This document shows, one piece after another, positions 35,748 to 47,582 of a stretch of 64,000 bases of DNA. Position 1 is the stretch's first letter. Every line of letters begins with the position of its first letter. Under the pieces are notes generated by a model. The model was not told where the DNA came from. It saw only the letters and a program-made list of their open reading frames with translations, and did no database searches. The DNA comes from Acidimicrobiia bacterium (GTDB lineage Bacteria; Actinomycetota; Acidimicrobiia; Spongiisociales; UBA11373). Location of the stretch: positions 5,344 through 69,343 of the forward strand of contig JBKKBI010000062.1 in NCBI GenBank assembly GCA_046714175.1, read 5' to 3'. A program made the translations under genes and the position numbers.

Positions 35748-35896
35748 TGCGAGTCACCTCCGTATGCCGGCCCGGTTGCAGCCGATTGACATCCGGCCCG
35801 ATCCCACAAAATCGCAACCTAGTGAATGATCCGCTCGAGGTGACGATCCAGTTGGGAGGTGCGGCGGACCCATGAGCACCCATCATTGCCGTACGG

Positions 35897-36586
35897 TTAC
35901 CAGTGGGGGGTCCGGGGCGCTTGGTACAAGTGACCACGCCCGTCCCGCCCGACGGTCTGGATCGCGCCCGACTCGCGCAGGCAATACGCCACCTCCTGGG
36001 CGAGGTGCCGGGACCGCCCCAACCCGGTGGCCAGATCCTTGGTCGTAAACGGACTCGGCAGGTCCGGCGGCAACAACCCGAGCAGGTCGTGAGGTGAGCC
36101 GAACTCCGAGGAGTCGAGTACCGCGACCAGTCTTCGCTCCTCGATCACGAACCCGCCGTGCCGCCAGCCTTTGGCGACATCAGGCCGCCACACCTCGTCC
36201 TCTTCCGTGAGCAGCACCTCGAGCACGAAGTTGGGGTGGCTCAACAGTGAAGGAAAGGACACGAGTTGCGCGCACACATCTGCAGCGATCCCCCGCTTCG
36301 GTGACCGCCGGCGGGATACCTCGTGACCCGCTGCGTCCAGCTTCACAATCCACTTGACGGACGCGATCGGGTGCACCAGTCGCATGGCGTGGCCGTCCAG
36401 CAACCGATCGAACTTGCGTCGCATCGCGGCGAAGCCCTTGGTCTGGATCTCGATGAGTAAATCCCCGCGCACCAGGTCGACGACAAAGCCCTCGGTCGGG
36501 ACCTCCACCAGATCGCCCTCCTGGCGATACCAGTTCTTGAGGGCCGCGTGGAGCGGCTTCTCGTTGAGCGAACCGATGGTCGTCAC
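35897..36586 (-). CDS. PD-(D/E)XK nuclease-fold protein with a C-terminal winged-helix domain (hypothetical)
   Basis: E..PTEGFVVDLVRGDLLIEIQTK (E-D-ExK motif). C-terminal TTKDLATGLGRSRHLAQEVAYCLRESGAIQTVGRDG wHTH. Confidence 0.45.
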   Translation of the reverse strand: MTTIGSLNEKPLHAALKNWYRQEGDLVEVPTEGFVVDLVRGDLLIEIQTKGFAAMRRKFDRLLDGHAMRLVHPIASVKWIVKLDAAGHEVSRRRSPKRGIAADVCAQLVSFPSLLSHPNFVLEVLLTEEDEVWRPDVAKGWRHGGFVIEERRLVAVLDSSEFGSPHDLLGLLPPDLPSPFTTKDLATGLGRSRHLAQEVAYCLRESGAIQTVGRDGRGHLYQAPRTPHW

Positions 36587-36631
36587 CGGGTGAGCCTATG
36601 ACCGAGTCCCGAGAGTAAGTGGTTACGCCAC

Positions 36632-36991
36632 TCAGGTCGGTCTGGCGTCGATCACGCAGAACCGGTTGCCTTCTGGGTCGGCCATTATCACGTAGTCGGC
36701 GTCCGCCGGCTTCTTGTCCCATGGCACCTCGGTGGCGCCGAGCGCCTGCAATCTCGTGACCTCGGCCTGCTGGTCCTCGGCGTACAGGTCGAGATGGATC
36801 CGCGGCGGCACCTGCACTGCGGATCGCACCCGATCCAGCGAGACATTCGGTCCCACCCCATCGCGCGGGTGGAGTAGGGCGAAGTCGTCGGCGTCGCTGT
36901 CGCGTGGTACGTAGTCGAGGGCCGCGGTCCAAAAGGCGATCTGGCGGGGCAGGTCGTCGACCCGGATGACGATCGCACCGACGCGCAGCAT
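36632..36991 (-). CDS. VOC/glyoxalase-family protein
   Basis: MLRVGAIVIRVDDLPRQIAFW...IHLDLYAEDQQAEVTRLQALGA...DPEGNRFCVI. Confidence 0.6.
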   Translation of the reverse strand: MLRVGAIVIRVDDLPRQIAFWTAALDYVPRDSDADDFALLHPRDGVGPNVSLDRVRSAVQVPPRIHLDLYAEDQQAEVTRLQALGATEVPWDKKPADADYVIMADPEGNRFCVIDARPT

Positions 36992-37047
36992 GGCCGGGAA
37001 CTGTAATCCGGCACACCCTGCAACTCTCTAGGTGCCCTAGGCCGGGA

Positions 37048-37677
37048 TCACGGCAAGCGCTCGGCAGCCCGGTCCGCGTAGAACTGGGCAGCCGGATCGT
37101 TGCCGGGATTGGACGAAGCAACGCCGTACCAGTCGACAGCAGCATCGGAGAGTCCGGCTAGTTCGTACGCCTCCCCGGCCTTGTAGGCGAGGTAGGTGAT
37201 GCTGAACCCGGCGCCCTCCGCCGCAGGGAGGAGCGCCGCGGTAGCCGAGCCGGCTGCGAGCACACATCCTCCGGCGGCGTACTCCTCCGCCTCGACCAGC
37301 ACCTGGCCCAGGGTGCTTGTGATCGAGTTGCCACCGGCATCCGCCAGCGCAGCCTTCTTGATCGCGGTCTCTGGCGAGGTACCGGCCTCGACCAACAGGT
37401 TCTCCAGAGTCTCGCCCGACTGGGCGGGGGCGGTGACCTCGAGGGTTGACCACCACGGGGGAACCAAGGCATCGAGCAGCCCGATCGCGATCTGGTCCGG
37501 CCCCGCGTCTTCCGAGAGGAGACACTCGATCCGCTCGCCCTGCCCCCATACGAGAGAGCTGACGACATTGGGGATTGGTGCGGTCGACGAGGTTGCCGAC
37601 CCCTGAGTGGTCTCAGATGCCGAGTTGCCACCACAGGCAGAGATGATGACCAGCACGACTACGACGATGCGCTTCAT
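37048..37677 (-). CDS. Lipoprotein (hypothetical)
   Basis: MKRIVVVVLVIISACGG lipobox. Confidence 0.45.
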   Translation of the reverse strand: MKRIVVVVLVIISACGGNSASETTQGSATSSTAPIPNVVSSLVWGQGERIECLLSEDAGPDQIAIGLLDALVPPWWSTLEVTAPAQSGETLENLLVEAGTSPETAIKKAALADAGGNSITSTLGQVLVEAEEYAAGGCVLAAGSATAALLPAAEGAGFSITYLAYKAGEAYELAGLSDAAVDWYGVASSNPGNDPAAQFYADRAAERLP

Positions 37678-37982
37678 GGGTGCTCCCGTCGAGGATCTGC
37701 CGAGTATCGCACCGGCCCACGGCTAGCGGGGAGAGGGTGGCGGCCCTGTTAGACCATCAGATCCTGGACATAGGCGGGTTCGGCAAGGGCCTGGAAGTGT
37801 CGGGGTTGGGCCGTCAGTCATCAGCCAGAAACGGATGCACCTCCCGGGTGGCGGGGCAGATCCTCGCACGGCTGTCGGGAGCGGACTCTGGCTGAAAGCT
37901 GGTGGCTGACTGCTGTCGGCTTCCCGTGACTTTCCCCCTGTCGGGCGGCTCTAATCTCCAGGGTCCGCGATCCCACGGAGCC

Positions 37983-38396
37983 ATGTCTCTCAGCGACTAC
38001 CTCCCCATCGCCCTCATGTTCGGGATCGCTGTGGGCTTCGCCCTGGTGTCGCTGTTCCTGTCCCGGCTGATCGCCCCCAACAACCCGACTCCGGAGAAGT
38101 TGGAGCCGTATGAGTGCGGGATCGTCCCGCTGCAGGAGCCGGTGCAGCGGTTCCCGGTGAAGTTCTACATGGTGGCCATGCTCTTCGTTCTCTTCGACAT
38201 CGAGATCGTCTTCCTCTTCGCCTGGGCGGTGCGCTTTCACCAGTTGGGCTGGTACGGGATGGCGGCGGTGGGAGTGTTCACCTTCCTCCTCATCGAGACC
38301 CTGGTGTATGTGTGGAAGCGCGGCGCCCTGGATTGGAACGTGGCGCACCGGCGCAGGCGTGTGGTCGCGGACCAGGAATTGCAGAAGGCAGCCTGA
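37983..38396 (+). CDS. nuoA: NADH-quinone oxidoreductase subunit A
   Basis: [12 protein letters not shown]...[12 protein letters not shown]. Internal ATG chosen over the track start; the upstream codons are not coding-like. Confidence 0.85.
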   Translation: MSLSDYLPIALMFGIAVGFALVSLFLSRLIAPNNPTPEKLEPYECGIVPLQEPVQRFPVKFYMVAMLFVLFDIEIVFLFAWAVRFHQLGWYGMAAVGVFTFLLIETLVYVWKRGALDWNVAHRRRRVVADQELQKAA

Positions 38397-38863
38397 TGGC
38401 GCAGCCGGCGGGCCCCCCCAACCTGCTCACTGCCTCATTGAACAAGGCGGTGGCGTGGGCACGCACCCGGTCGATGTGGCCGGTCTCCTTCGGCTTGGCA
38501 TGCTGCGCCATCGAGATGATGGCCACCGGCGCCGCCCACAACGACCTATCCCGGTTCGGCATGGAGGTCTTCCGTGCCTCCCCGCGCCAGGCCGACCTGA
38601 TGATCGTGGCGGGACGCGTCTCGCAGAAGATGGCCCCGGTGCTGCGCCAGGTCTATGACCAGATGGCCGAGCCCAAGTGGGTGATCTCGATGGGCGCCTG
38701 CGCCTCCACGGGGGGCATGTTCAACAACTACGCCCTGGTGCAGGGGGTGGACCAGGTGGTCCCCGTCGACGTATACGTTCCGGGGTGTCCGCCGGGACCG
38801 CAGTCGCTGATGCACGGCATCCTCACGCTGCAGGAGCAGATCAGGGCGAGGGCGGGCCGATGA
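38396..38863 (+). CDS. nuoB: NADH-quinone oxidoreductase subunit B
   Basis: [11 protein letters not shown]...[14 protein letters not shown]...VPGCPP. Confidence 0.9.
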   Translation: MAQPAGPPNLLTASLNKAVAWARTRSMWPVSFGLACCAIEMMATGAAHNDLSRFGMEVFRASPRQADLMIVAGRVSQKMAPVLRQVYDQMAEPKWVISMGACASTGGMFNNYALVQGVDQVVPVDVYVPGCPPGPQSLMHGILTLQEQIRARAGR

Positions 38864-39354
38864 GCCGCATCGCCGCCATTGCAGCCGCGGTACCGGGTGC
38901 ACAGGTCGAAGACTCGTTCGGCCAGGCGCTGATCCGGGTGCCCCGGGAGTCGCTGGCTGCGGCGGCGGCGGCGGCGCGTGACGGCGGATTCGCCATGTTC
39001 ATCGACCTGTGCGCGGTGGACTATCTGACCCGCGATCCCCGCTTCGAGGTGGTGGTGAACCTGCTGGCGTTTGATCCACCGGAACGGGTCCGTCTCCTCG
39101 CCGGGGTCCCCGGTGAGGACCCAACCGCTCCGAGCATCACGGGTGTGTTTGCCGGCGCCGACTTCTACGAGCGCGAGGCGTTCGATCTCTTCGGAATCGG
39201 ATTCGATGGCCATCCCGATCTGACACGGATTCTTCTGCCGGACGAGTGGCAGGGACATCCGTTGCGCAAGGACAGTCCCGTCGGCTCGGTGCCGGTGGCC
39301 TTCAAGGAGGCTGCCGATCGCACGCACGAGAGGCCCCTCGAGGCCACGCCGTGA
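38860..39354 (+). CDS. nuoC: NADH-quinone oxidoreductase subunit C
   Basis: [39 protein letters not shown]. Confidence 0.85.
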   Translation: MSRIAAIAAAVPGAQVEDSFGQALIRVPRESLAAAAAAARDGGFAMFIDLCAVDYLTRDPRFEVVVNLLAFDPPERVRLLAGVPGEDPTAPSITGVFAGADFYEREAFDLFGIGFDGHPDLTRILLPDEWQGHPLRKDSPVGSVPVAFKEAADRTHERPLEATP

Positions 39355-40784
39355 GCAAGCCCCCCGACGTCGTCACCGGCGACCTGGAAGCACCGGCCGA
39401 GGTGCACGATCCGCGGGCGGATACTGCCGCGCCCGCGGGGGGGTCGCGACACACCGTCCACGACGTGTGGGTGAGCGGTACCGAGGCCTCGGACGAGATG
39501 CGCGGATTCACCGATGAGGGTGACCAGGAGATGCTCGCCGAGGAGCCGGCGGAGGTGCTCGCCGGGCAACGCGGGGCGCTGGTGGTGGACGACTATCTGG
39601 CCACGAGGGAGTCTCCCGACGACGAGATCCAGATCCTCAACATGGGCCCGCAGCACCCTGCGACCCATGGGGTGCTCCGGCTGCACATCGAACTCGACGG
39701 CGAGACGATTCGCCGGGTGAAGCCGATCATCGGCTATCTGCACACCGGCATGGAGAAGACCGCCGAGACGCTTTCGTTCCTGCAGGGCCCCACCAACGTC
39801 ACCCGGATGGACTACCTCTCGCCACTGCACAACGAGTTGTGCTTCTCGCTTGCCACCGAGCGGTTGCTCGACATCGACGTTCCTGAGCGCGCCGACGCCA
39901 TCCGCGTGTTGATGACCGAGCTCAATCGGGTGGCCAGCCATCTGCTGTGGAGTGCCACCACCGGTCTCGACATCGGTGCGCTTTCGATGATGATCTACGG
40001 GTGGCGGGAGCGCGAGTTGGTGCTGGCGTTCTTCGAGAAAACCACCGGGTTGCGGATGAACCACAACTACATCCGTCCCGGCGGCGTCGCCGCAGACCTG
40101 CCCGACGGATGGGAGGACGACGTCGACGGCATCGTCGCCGGGGTGCTCGCCGGTCTTGCCGACTACGAGGCATTGCTGCTCGACAACCCGATCTTCCTGG
40201 AGCGCACCAAGGGCATCGGGGTGCTCGCCCGCGAGGAGATCCACGCCTACGGCGTCACCGGTCCCATGGCCCGGGCGTCGGGGATCGGCTACGACGTGCG
40301 TAAGGCGTTCCCGTACTCCGGCATCGAGCAGTACGACTTCGAGGTCCCGGTCTTCGAAGGTGGCGATGTGTATGACCGGTTCCTGGTGCGGTTCGAGGAG
40401 ATCCGCCAGTCGCTGCGCATCGTGCAGCAGGTCAAGGCGGCGATGCCCCGCGGCGATTACCGCAGCGAGGACCGCAAGGTGACCCCACCGCCGCGCGCCC
40501 GCATCGACCAGTCGATGGAGGCGCTGATCCATCACTTCAAGATATTCACCGAGGGGTTCAAGGTTCCCGCCGGGGAGACCTACCAGGCGGTGGAGTCTGC
40601 CCGGGGCGAGTTGGGGATGTACCTGGTATCCGACGGCGGGGCCAAGCCGTGGCGGCTGCACGTGCGCGGCCCATCGTTCGCCCACGTCCAGGTGTTGCCG
40701 GCGATGCTCACCGACTCCCTGATCGCCGACACGATCGCGGCGCTGGCATCGGCGGATCCCGTGATGGGAGATGTGGATCGATGA
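39351..40784 (+). CDS. nuoD: NADH-quinone oxidoreductase subunit D (with an N-terminal acidic extension; alternative ATG start at 39498)
   Basis: NMGPQHPATHGVLRL...; GTG overlapping the nuoC stop. GC3 stays high through the extension. Confidence 0.85.
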   Translation: MSKPPDVVTGDLEAPAEVHDPRADTAAPAGGSRHTVHDVWVSGTEASDEMRGFTDEGDQEMLAEEPAEVLAGQRGALVVDDYLATRESPDDEIQILNMGPQHPATHGVLRLHIELDGETIRRVKPIIGYLHTGMEKTAETLSFLQGPTNVTRMDYLSPLHNELCFSLATERLLDIDVPERADAIRVLMTELNRVASHLLWSATTGLDIGALSMMIYGWRERELVLAFFEKTTGLRMNHNYIRPGGVAADLPDGWEDDVDGIVAGVLAGLADYEALLLDNPIFLERTKGIGVLAREEIHAYGVTGPMARASGIGYDVRKAFPYSGIEQYDFEVPVFEGGDVYDRFLVRFEEIRQSLRIVQQVKAAMPRGDYRSEDRKVTPPPRARIDQSMEALIHHFKIFTEGFKVPAGETYQAVESARGELGMYLVSDGGAKPWRLHVRGPSFAHVQVLPAMLTDSLIADTIAALASADPVMGDVDR

Positions 40785-40786
40785 GC

Positions 40787-40832
40787 CCACTACCCGCTAC
40801 CCGCTACCCGGTACCCGTTGCCCGTCGCCCGC
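40787..40832. repeat. Tandem heptamer array (ctacccg-type) in the nuoD-nuoE junction
   Basis: ccactacccgctacccgctacccggtacccgttgcccgtcgcccgc. Confidence 0.6.
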
Positions 40833-40886
40833 AGAGCGCGGCGCCTATCGCCCACCGCCGATCGCTTCTCTGCAAAGGATCCCGCC

Positions 40887-41491
40887 GTGTGGGATGAGGC
40901 CACCCTGGCGCGGGCGCACTCTCTCGTTGCTCAGTATCCCGAGCCGCGGTCCGCGGTGATGCCGTTGCTATTTCTCGCCATGCGCAACGACGGCGGGCTC
41001 ACCGATGCCGGGATGCGGCGGGTGGCCGAACTCACCGGGGTGACGCCGGTGCAGGTCGAGGCGGTGGCGTCCTTCTACAACATGTATCTGCGCCGTGTCG
41101 GTCGCCATGTCGTCTCGGTGTGCCGTTCCATCTCGTGCCATCTGCTCGGTGCGGACACGGTGCGAGACGCCGTTGTCGACGAGGCCGGAGTTCCAGAAGG
41201 CGAGACGGCTTCCGACGGGTCGGTCACAGTGGTGTTCACCGAATGTATCGGCGCCTGCGGAGGTGCCCCGGCGATGCAGGTCGACTACGAGATGGTGGAG
41301 GGCATGACGCCCGAATCGGCCCGTCGGCTGATCCGCTGGCTGCGTGAGGAAAAGCCGGAGGCTATCCGCTCCGACGATCTACAACAGCGCTTCGGCGGCG
41401 GTCAATCGTTCGATTGGGGACCTGACGACTCCACCGCGGCGCTCGGCCCCGTTCCGGCGTTCGGCCCCTATGGCACCGCGGGAGGAAGCGC

Positions 41492-41495
<4 letters not shown>
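40887..41495 (+). CDS. nuoE: NADH-quinone oxidoreductase subunit E
   Basis: YPEPRSAVMPLLFLAMRNDGG...CRSISCHLLGAD...CIGACGGAPAM. GTG at 40887 with an AAAGGA RBS is preferred. The alternative TTG at 40818 lies inside the heptamer repeat. Confidence 0.8.
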
Positions 41496-42770
<1,275 letters not shown>

Positions 42771-42778
<8 letters not shown>

Positions 42779-45200
42779 CCCGGTCAAGCTCACCATCGAC
42801 GGTCGCGAGGTCTCTGCCCCCGGCGGCGAGCTGTTGATCAAAGCCGCCGAGGAGAACGGGACCTACATCCCCCGGTTCTGCTGGCACTCGCGCATGGAGC
42901 CGGTAGGGATGTGCCGGATGTGCCTGGTCGAAGTGGAAACCGCGCGGGGCAAGGGTCTCACCACGGCTTGCACGATGCGGGTGGCCGAAGGAATGGTGGT
43001 GCACACCAAGAGCGATGTCGTCAAGAAGGCTCAGGAGGGGGTGCTCGAGTTCCTGCTGCTGAATCACCCTCTCGACTGCCCGGTATGCGACAAGGGCGGG
43101 GAGTGCCCCCTGCAGGATCAGACCCTTTCCCATGGCCCGGGCGAGTCGCGTTTCGTCGAGGAGAAGCGCCACTTCGAGAAGCCGATCCCGATCAGCGACC
43201 TGGTCCTACTCGACCGCGAGCGGTGCATCTTGTGCGCTCGCTGCACCCGCTTCAGCTCCGAGATCTCCGGTGATCCGTTGATCGAGTTCATCGACCGCGG
43301 CAACTACACCCAGGTGAACACCTTCCCTGGCCTGCCGTTCTCGTCGTACTTCTCGGGAAACACCGTGCAGATCTGCCCGGTCGGCGCCCTCACCGCAACC
43401 CCGTACCGCTTCAAGGCTCGACCCTGGGACCTTGATGCGGTGGAGAGCACCTGTCCGCACTGTTCGGTGGGGTGTCGCATGTCGGTGCAGGCGTCGCAGA
43501 ACCGGGTGCTGCGTTTGATCGGCGTGGACGTGGAGGCCACCAGCCATGGGTGGCTGTGCGACAAGGGGCGATTCGGATTCGAATACCTGCGGGCTCCGGC
43601 GCGCCTCTCCACACCGCTGGTGCGGGATGGCGACGGCGAGCTGCGCGCGGCAGAGTGGGGAGAAGCGCTGGATGTGGCTGCCGCCGGCATCAAGAAGGTT
43701 CTGGCCACCACAGGACCGCAAGCGGTGGCCGGTCTCGGCGGAGCCCGGGGCACCAATGAAGAGGCCTATGCGTTCGTCAAACTGCTCCGTGGTGTGATCG
43801 GCACCGGGAACCTCGACGCTTCGGTCGGTGATGATCCCGGTGCCGGGCTTCTCGTCGCCATTCCCCGACGCGCCACCATCGGCGATCTGGAGCGGGCCAA
43901 GACCATCCTGGTGTGGGGGCCCGATCTCAAGGAGGAACTGCCTGTCCTCTATCTCCGGATCCGTCGCGCCGCCACCGCGCTCGGCGCGACCCTCATAGTG
44001 GTCCATCCCCGCGCCACCGGCCTCGATGCTGACGCCACCCACACCGTGCGCTATCGCCCCGGCGAAGGTGCCGCGATGCTGCAAAGGCTCGCCGCCGGGG
44101 AGGGCGACCTGGCGCCGGTGCGGGCAGCACTCAACAAGGGTCCAGTCGTAGCCGTGGTGGGTCGTACCGGTCTCGCCGAAAGCGCCGACCTGGCCGGGGC
44201 GGTGGCGGCGTTCGCGCTCTACCTTTCCGACGCCGCGGTGCTCCCGGTGGCGCGGCGCGGCAATCTGCTCGGCGCGTTCGACATGGGGATGTCCCCCGGC
44301 CTGCTTCCCGGGCGGGTTTCAGTCACCAATGCCGCGGCACGGGCCGCGGTGGGTGAGGTGTGGGGTACCGCGGTGGCGGATTCGGGCCGTGACGTCGACG
44401 GCATCCTCGCCGGAATGTCAGATGGGTCCATCGGCGCGGTGCTGCTCTTGGGAACGGATCCGGTGGCGGATCATCCCGACCGCAACGCCACCCAAGCAGC
44501 ATTTCTCCGCCCGAAGGGCGAGCCGCCCTTCCTGGTGTCCCTCGACCTGTTCATCACCGAGTCGAATCGGGGTGCCGATGTCGTTCTCCCCGTCGATACC
44601 TTTACCGAGGTGGAGGGGACGGTCACCAACCTGGAGGGGCGGGTGCAGAAGTCCAATCGGGTCGTACCCGGCGTGGGCGGCTCGCGACCTGCGGTCGAGG
44701 TGCTCGACGATCTCGCAGTTCGTCTCGGCGGCAGCGTTGGTGGTTCGGCGGCGGCGCTGGCCAAGGAGATCGCTGCGGTGGCACCCGCCTACGGTGCGAT
44801 GAGTTGGGACGCGCTCGACTGGGGTTCGGGTCGAGATGGCATCGTTGCCGGCGCGAGCTCCTTCGTTCACAGCCCTGCCGCGGCGAGGGATCCGGCCACC
44901 GGCGAATTCACCCTGCACCTCGCCCGGGTCCTCTACGACGGCGGCACCATCGTCACCTCCGGCGAGTCACTGGCGCCCCTGGCTCCGGTACCCGCAGCCC
45001 ATCTCCATCCGGATGATGCCGCTCGCCTCGGCCTGGCCGCCGGCGATCGTGTCACCGTCACCGGCAACGCGGGCACTGCCACGCTCCCGTTGGCGCTGGA
45101 CTCCACGCTGGCGCCAAAGACGGTTTATGTGCAGTTCAATCTCGGAGCCACTTTGGGGAACGCGATCGATGTGTCGATAGCGCGGGCGGTCGATCGATGA
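42771..45200 (+). CDS. nuoG: NADH-quinone oxidoreductase subunit G
   Basis: FCWHSRMEPVGMCRMCLVEV...CPVCDKGGECPLQD...CILCARCTRF. Confidence 0.9.
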
Positions 45201-45279
45201 CCTCGGTGCATCGCCTCCCGGCTCCCGCTTCCCACCAGACCCGCAGGCGGCTCCTGGCTGTGGGCAGGAGCGCAGCGAC

Positions 45280-46383
45280 GTGACCGACTTTCTCGAAACC
45301 CTCTTCACCACTCCTCTGTGGTCCGGGCTGATCAAGGCCGGGGTGGCGTTCGGCCTGCTCATGCTCACCGCCTTGGTGCTGGTGTGGTTCGAGCGGCGGG
45401 TGGTGGCGTTCATGCAGAACCGGATCGGCCCCAATCGCGCCGGACCGTTCGGGGTGCTGCAGACCCTGGCCGACGGGTTGAAGCTGCTCTTCAAGGAAGG
45501 GATCAAGCCTCGCAAGGCCGAGGTGGGGCTGTACATGGCGGCGCCGATAGCGGCGATGGTCCCGGCCTTCCTCATCTTCATGGTGGTGCCCATCGGGGCG
45601 CCGGTCACGATCGGTGAAACCACAGTGACCCTGCAAGGGGCCGACCTCAACGTGGCATTGCTCTTCGTCCTGGCGATGTCGTCGCTGGCGGTGTACTCGG
45701 TGGTGTTGGCGGGTTGGTCGTCGGGGTCCAAGTACCCGTTGTTGGGCGGGGTGCGGGCCACGGCGCAGATGATTTCCTACGAGGCGGCGATGGGACTCGC
45801 CCTGGTGCCGGTGGTCGTCCTCGCCTCGGCCCTGCTCGCCGGCGGCGATGCCGGGCTGGGAACGCTGTCGTTTGCCACCCTGGTCGAGTTGCAGGCGGGA
45901 TCGTTCCGCGGTCCGATCCCCGGTTGGTTCGTGTTTTGGCTGTTGCCCTCGTTCCTCATCTTCTTCACCGCCGCGATTGCCGAGACCAACCGCGCCCCGT
46001 TCGACCTGGTCGAGGCGGAGTCGGAGATCGTCGGCGGATATCACACCGAGTACTCCGGGTTCCGCTTCGCCATGTTCTATCTCGCCGAGTACATCAACAT
46101 GTTCAACGTCTGCGCCATCGCGGTGACCCTGTTCCTCGGCGGTTGGCTCGGCCCTGGTGCCAACCTCCCCTTCATAGGGTGGGCGGTGCCCGTGTTCTGG
46201 TTCCTGGTCAAGACCTACTTCCTGCTGTTCGTGCTGGTCTGGATCCGGGCGACCCTGCCCCGCTTTCGCTACGACCAACTGATGAACCTGGGTTGGAAGC
46301 GGTTGATCCCGCTCTCGCTGGTGTGGCTGGTGCTGTTTGCCGCGGTCCGGGCCTGGCAGTCCTTCGGGGCGCCGTGGAGGTGA
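45280..46383 (+). CDS. nuoH: NADH-quinone oxidoreductase subunit H
   Basis: FMQNRIGPNRAGPFGVLQTLADGLKLLFKE...ETNRAPFDLVEAESEIVGGYHTEYSG. Confidence 0.9.
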   Translation: MTDFLETLFTTPLWSGLIKAGVAFGLLMLTALVLVWFERRVVAFMQNRIGPNRAGPFGVLQTLADGLKLLFKEGIKPRKAEVGLYMAAPIAAMVPAFLIFMVVPIGAPVTIGETTVTLQGADLNVALLFVLAMSSLAVYSVVLAGWSSGSKYPLLGGVRATAQMISYEAAMGLALVPVVVLASALLAGGDAGLGTLSFATLVELQAGSFRGPIPGWFVFWLLPSFLIFFTAAIAETNRAPFDLVEAESEIVGGYHTEYSGFRFAMFYLAEYINMFNVCAIAVTLFLGGWLGPGANLPFIGWAVPVFWFLVKTYFLLFVLVWIRATLPRFRYDQLMNLGWKRLIPLSLVWLVLFAAVRAWQSFGAPWR

Positions 46384-46387
46384 TGCG

Positions 46388-47068
46388 ATGGGCGTGATCC
46401 GCGGATTCATGGTGCCTTTGCGGCAGATCTTCCGCCGCAAGGTGACGACGCAGTACCCGGAGCAGAAGCGGTCCAAGCCGCAGCGCTTCCACGGGCGCCA
46501 TGTGCTCAACCGCTACCCGGACGGAATGGAGAAGTGCATCGGGTGCGAGTTGTGCGCCGGGGTGTGCCCGGCGCGCTGCATATACGTCCGCGGCAAGGAC
46601 AACCCGCCCGACGCCCCGATCAGCCCGGGGGAGCGCTACGGGTTCATCTACGAGATCAATCTTCTGCGCTGCATCTTCTGCGGGCTGTGTGAGGAGGCTT
46701 GCCCCACCGAGGCGATCACCATGACGCAGTTGTTCGAGATGTCGGTGACCGATCGCAACGATGCCATCTACACGCGGGCGGAACTGCTGATGAACCCCGA
46801 CGGCACGGTGCCACATCCGCAACCGGACTCGATCCTGGTGGACAAGGGCGAGTTGCGCCTCGGCGACGGCTGGATGCGCGCCACCGCGTCCTCCGGCCGC
46901 GCCGCGTATGAAGGAGTGATCGCGTGGACGCCGACAGCGGGAGTGGGGTTGCGTCCGGCGGAGAAAGGGCAGTCCACGGAGGCTGCCCGCGACCCGCTAC
47001 CCGCTACCACCAAGAGCGGAGAATCTAAGCGGGAAGCGGGTAGCGGGAAGCGGGAAGCGGATGGTTGA
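46388..47068 (+). CDS. nuoI: NADH-quinone oxidoreductase subunit I (with a roughly 45-aa C-terminal extension running through the heptamer repeat)
   Basis: CIGCELCAGVCPARCI...CIFCGLCEEACPTEAI. Confidence 0.85.
   Translation: MGVIRGFMVPLRQIFRRKVTTQYPEQKRSKPQRFHGRHVLNRYPDGMEKCIGCELCAGVCPARCIYVRGKDNPPDAPISPGERYGFIYEINLLRCIFCGLCEEACPTEAITMTQLFEMSVTDRNDAIYTRAELLMNPDGTVPHPQPDSILVDKGELRLGDGWMRATASSGRAAYEGVIAWTPTAGVGLRPAEKGQSTEAARDPLPATTKSGESKREAGSGKREADG
46993..47060. repeat. Heptamer-repeat inverted pair (cccgctacccgctacc ... cgggaagcgggtagcgggaagcgggaagcgg) at the nuoI-nuoJ junction
   Basis: cccgctacccg and its reverse complement cgggtagcggg, 25 nt apart, can form an 11-bp stem. Confidence 0.6.
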
Positions 47069-47582
47069 ACTGGTCCTCTTCATCATCTTCGCCCTTGCCG
47101 CCCTGTTCGGTGCGGTCACGATGGTGTGGGCGCGCAACCCGGTCTATTCGGCCATGGGGCTGATGCTCACGATGTTCTCCATCGCGGTTTTCTACGTGTC
47201 CAACGGCGCCCACTTCATCGCCGCGGTACAGGTGATCATCTATGCCGGCGCGGTGATGACCCTGTTCCTTTTCGTGATCATGCTCATCGGAGTCGACAAG
47301 GCGGAATCGCGCACCGAGAACCTGCCGCTGCAGCGGCCGCTGGCGCTGGGGCTGATGGCGTTGTTCGGAGCCGGAGTCGCCATCGCCGGCCGCTCCGCGT
47401 GGGTGACAGGACGGGCACCCGCCGGGGGCGCCCCGCCCGACGGCTCGATCGAGCAGGTGGGGTCCGAGCTGTTCAACAACTGGTTGCTTCCCTTCGAGGT
47501 GACCGCGCTCTTGTTGATTGTCGCCGCCACCGGCGCCATCGCGCTGGCCTTCTTCCGGGACGAAGACCGGGGGTTGTCGTGA
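47061..47582 (+). CDS. nuoJ: NADH-quinone oxidoreductase subunit J
   Basis: [36 protein letters not shown]. Confidence 0.85.
   Translation: MVELVLFIIFALAALFGAVTMVWARNPVYSAMGLMLTMFSIAVFYVSNGAHFIAAVQVIIYAGAVMTLFLFVIMLIGVDKAESRTENLPLQRPLALGLMALFGAGVAIAGRSAWVTGRAPAGGAPPDGSIEQVGSELFNNWLLPFEVTALLLIVAATGAIALAFFRDEDRGLS

Noticed and set aside
32526-37677. Calling this stretch a mobile element or genomic island.
   Set aside because: No integrase, transposase, tRNA or direct-repeat borders are visible. Only the accessory-like gene content and a REP-like repeat support it. It is mentioned only as accessory-looking.
37678-37982. Rex operator (TTGTGAA-n6-TTCACAA) upstream of nuoA.
   Set aside because: No TTGTGA/TCACAA half-sites were found in the 300-bp upstream region, nor before the second nuo operon.
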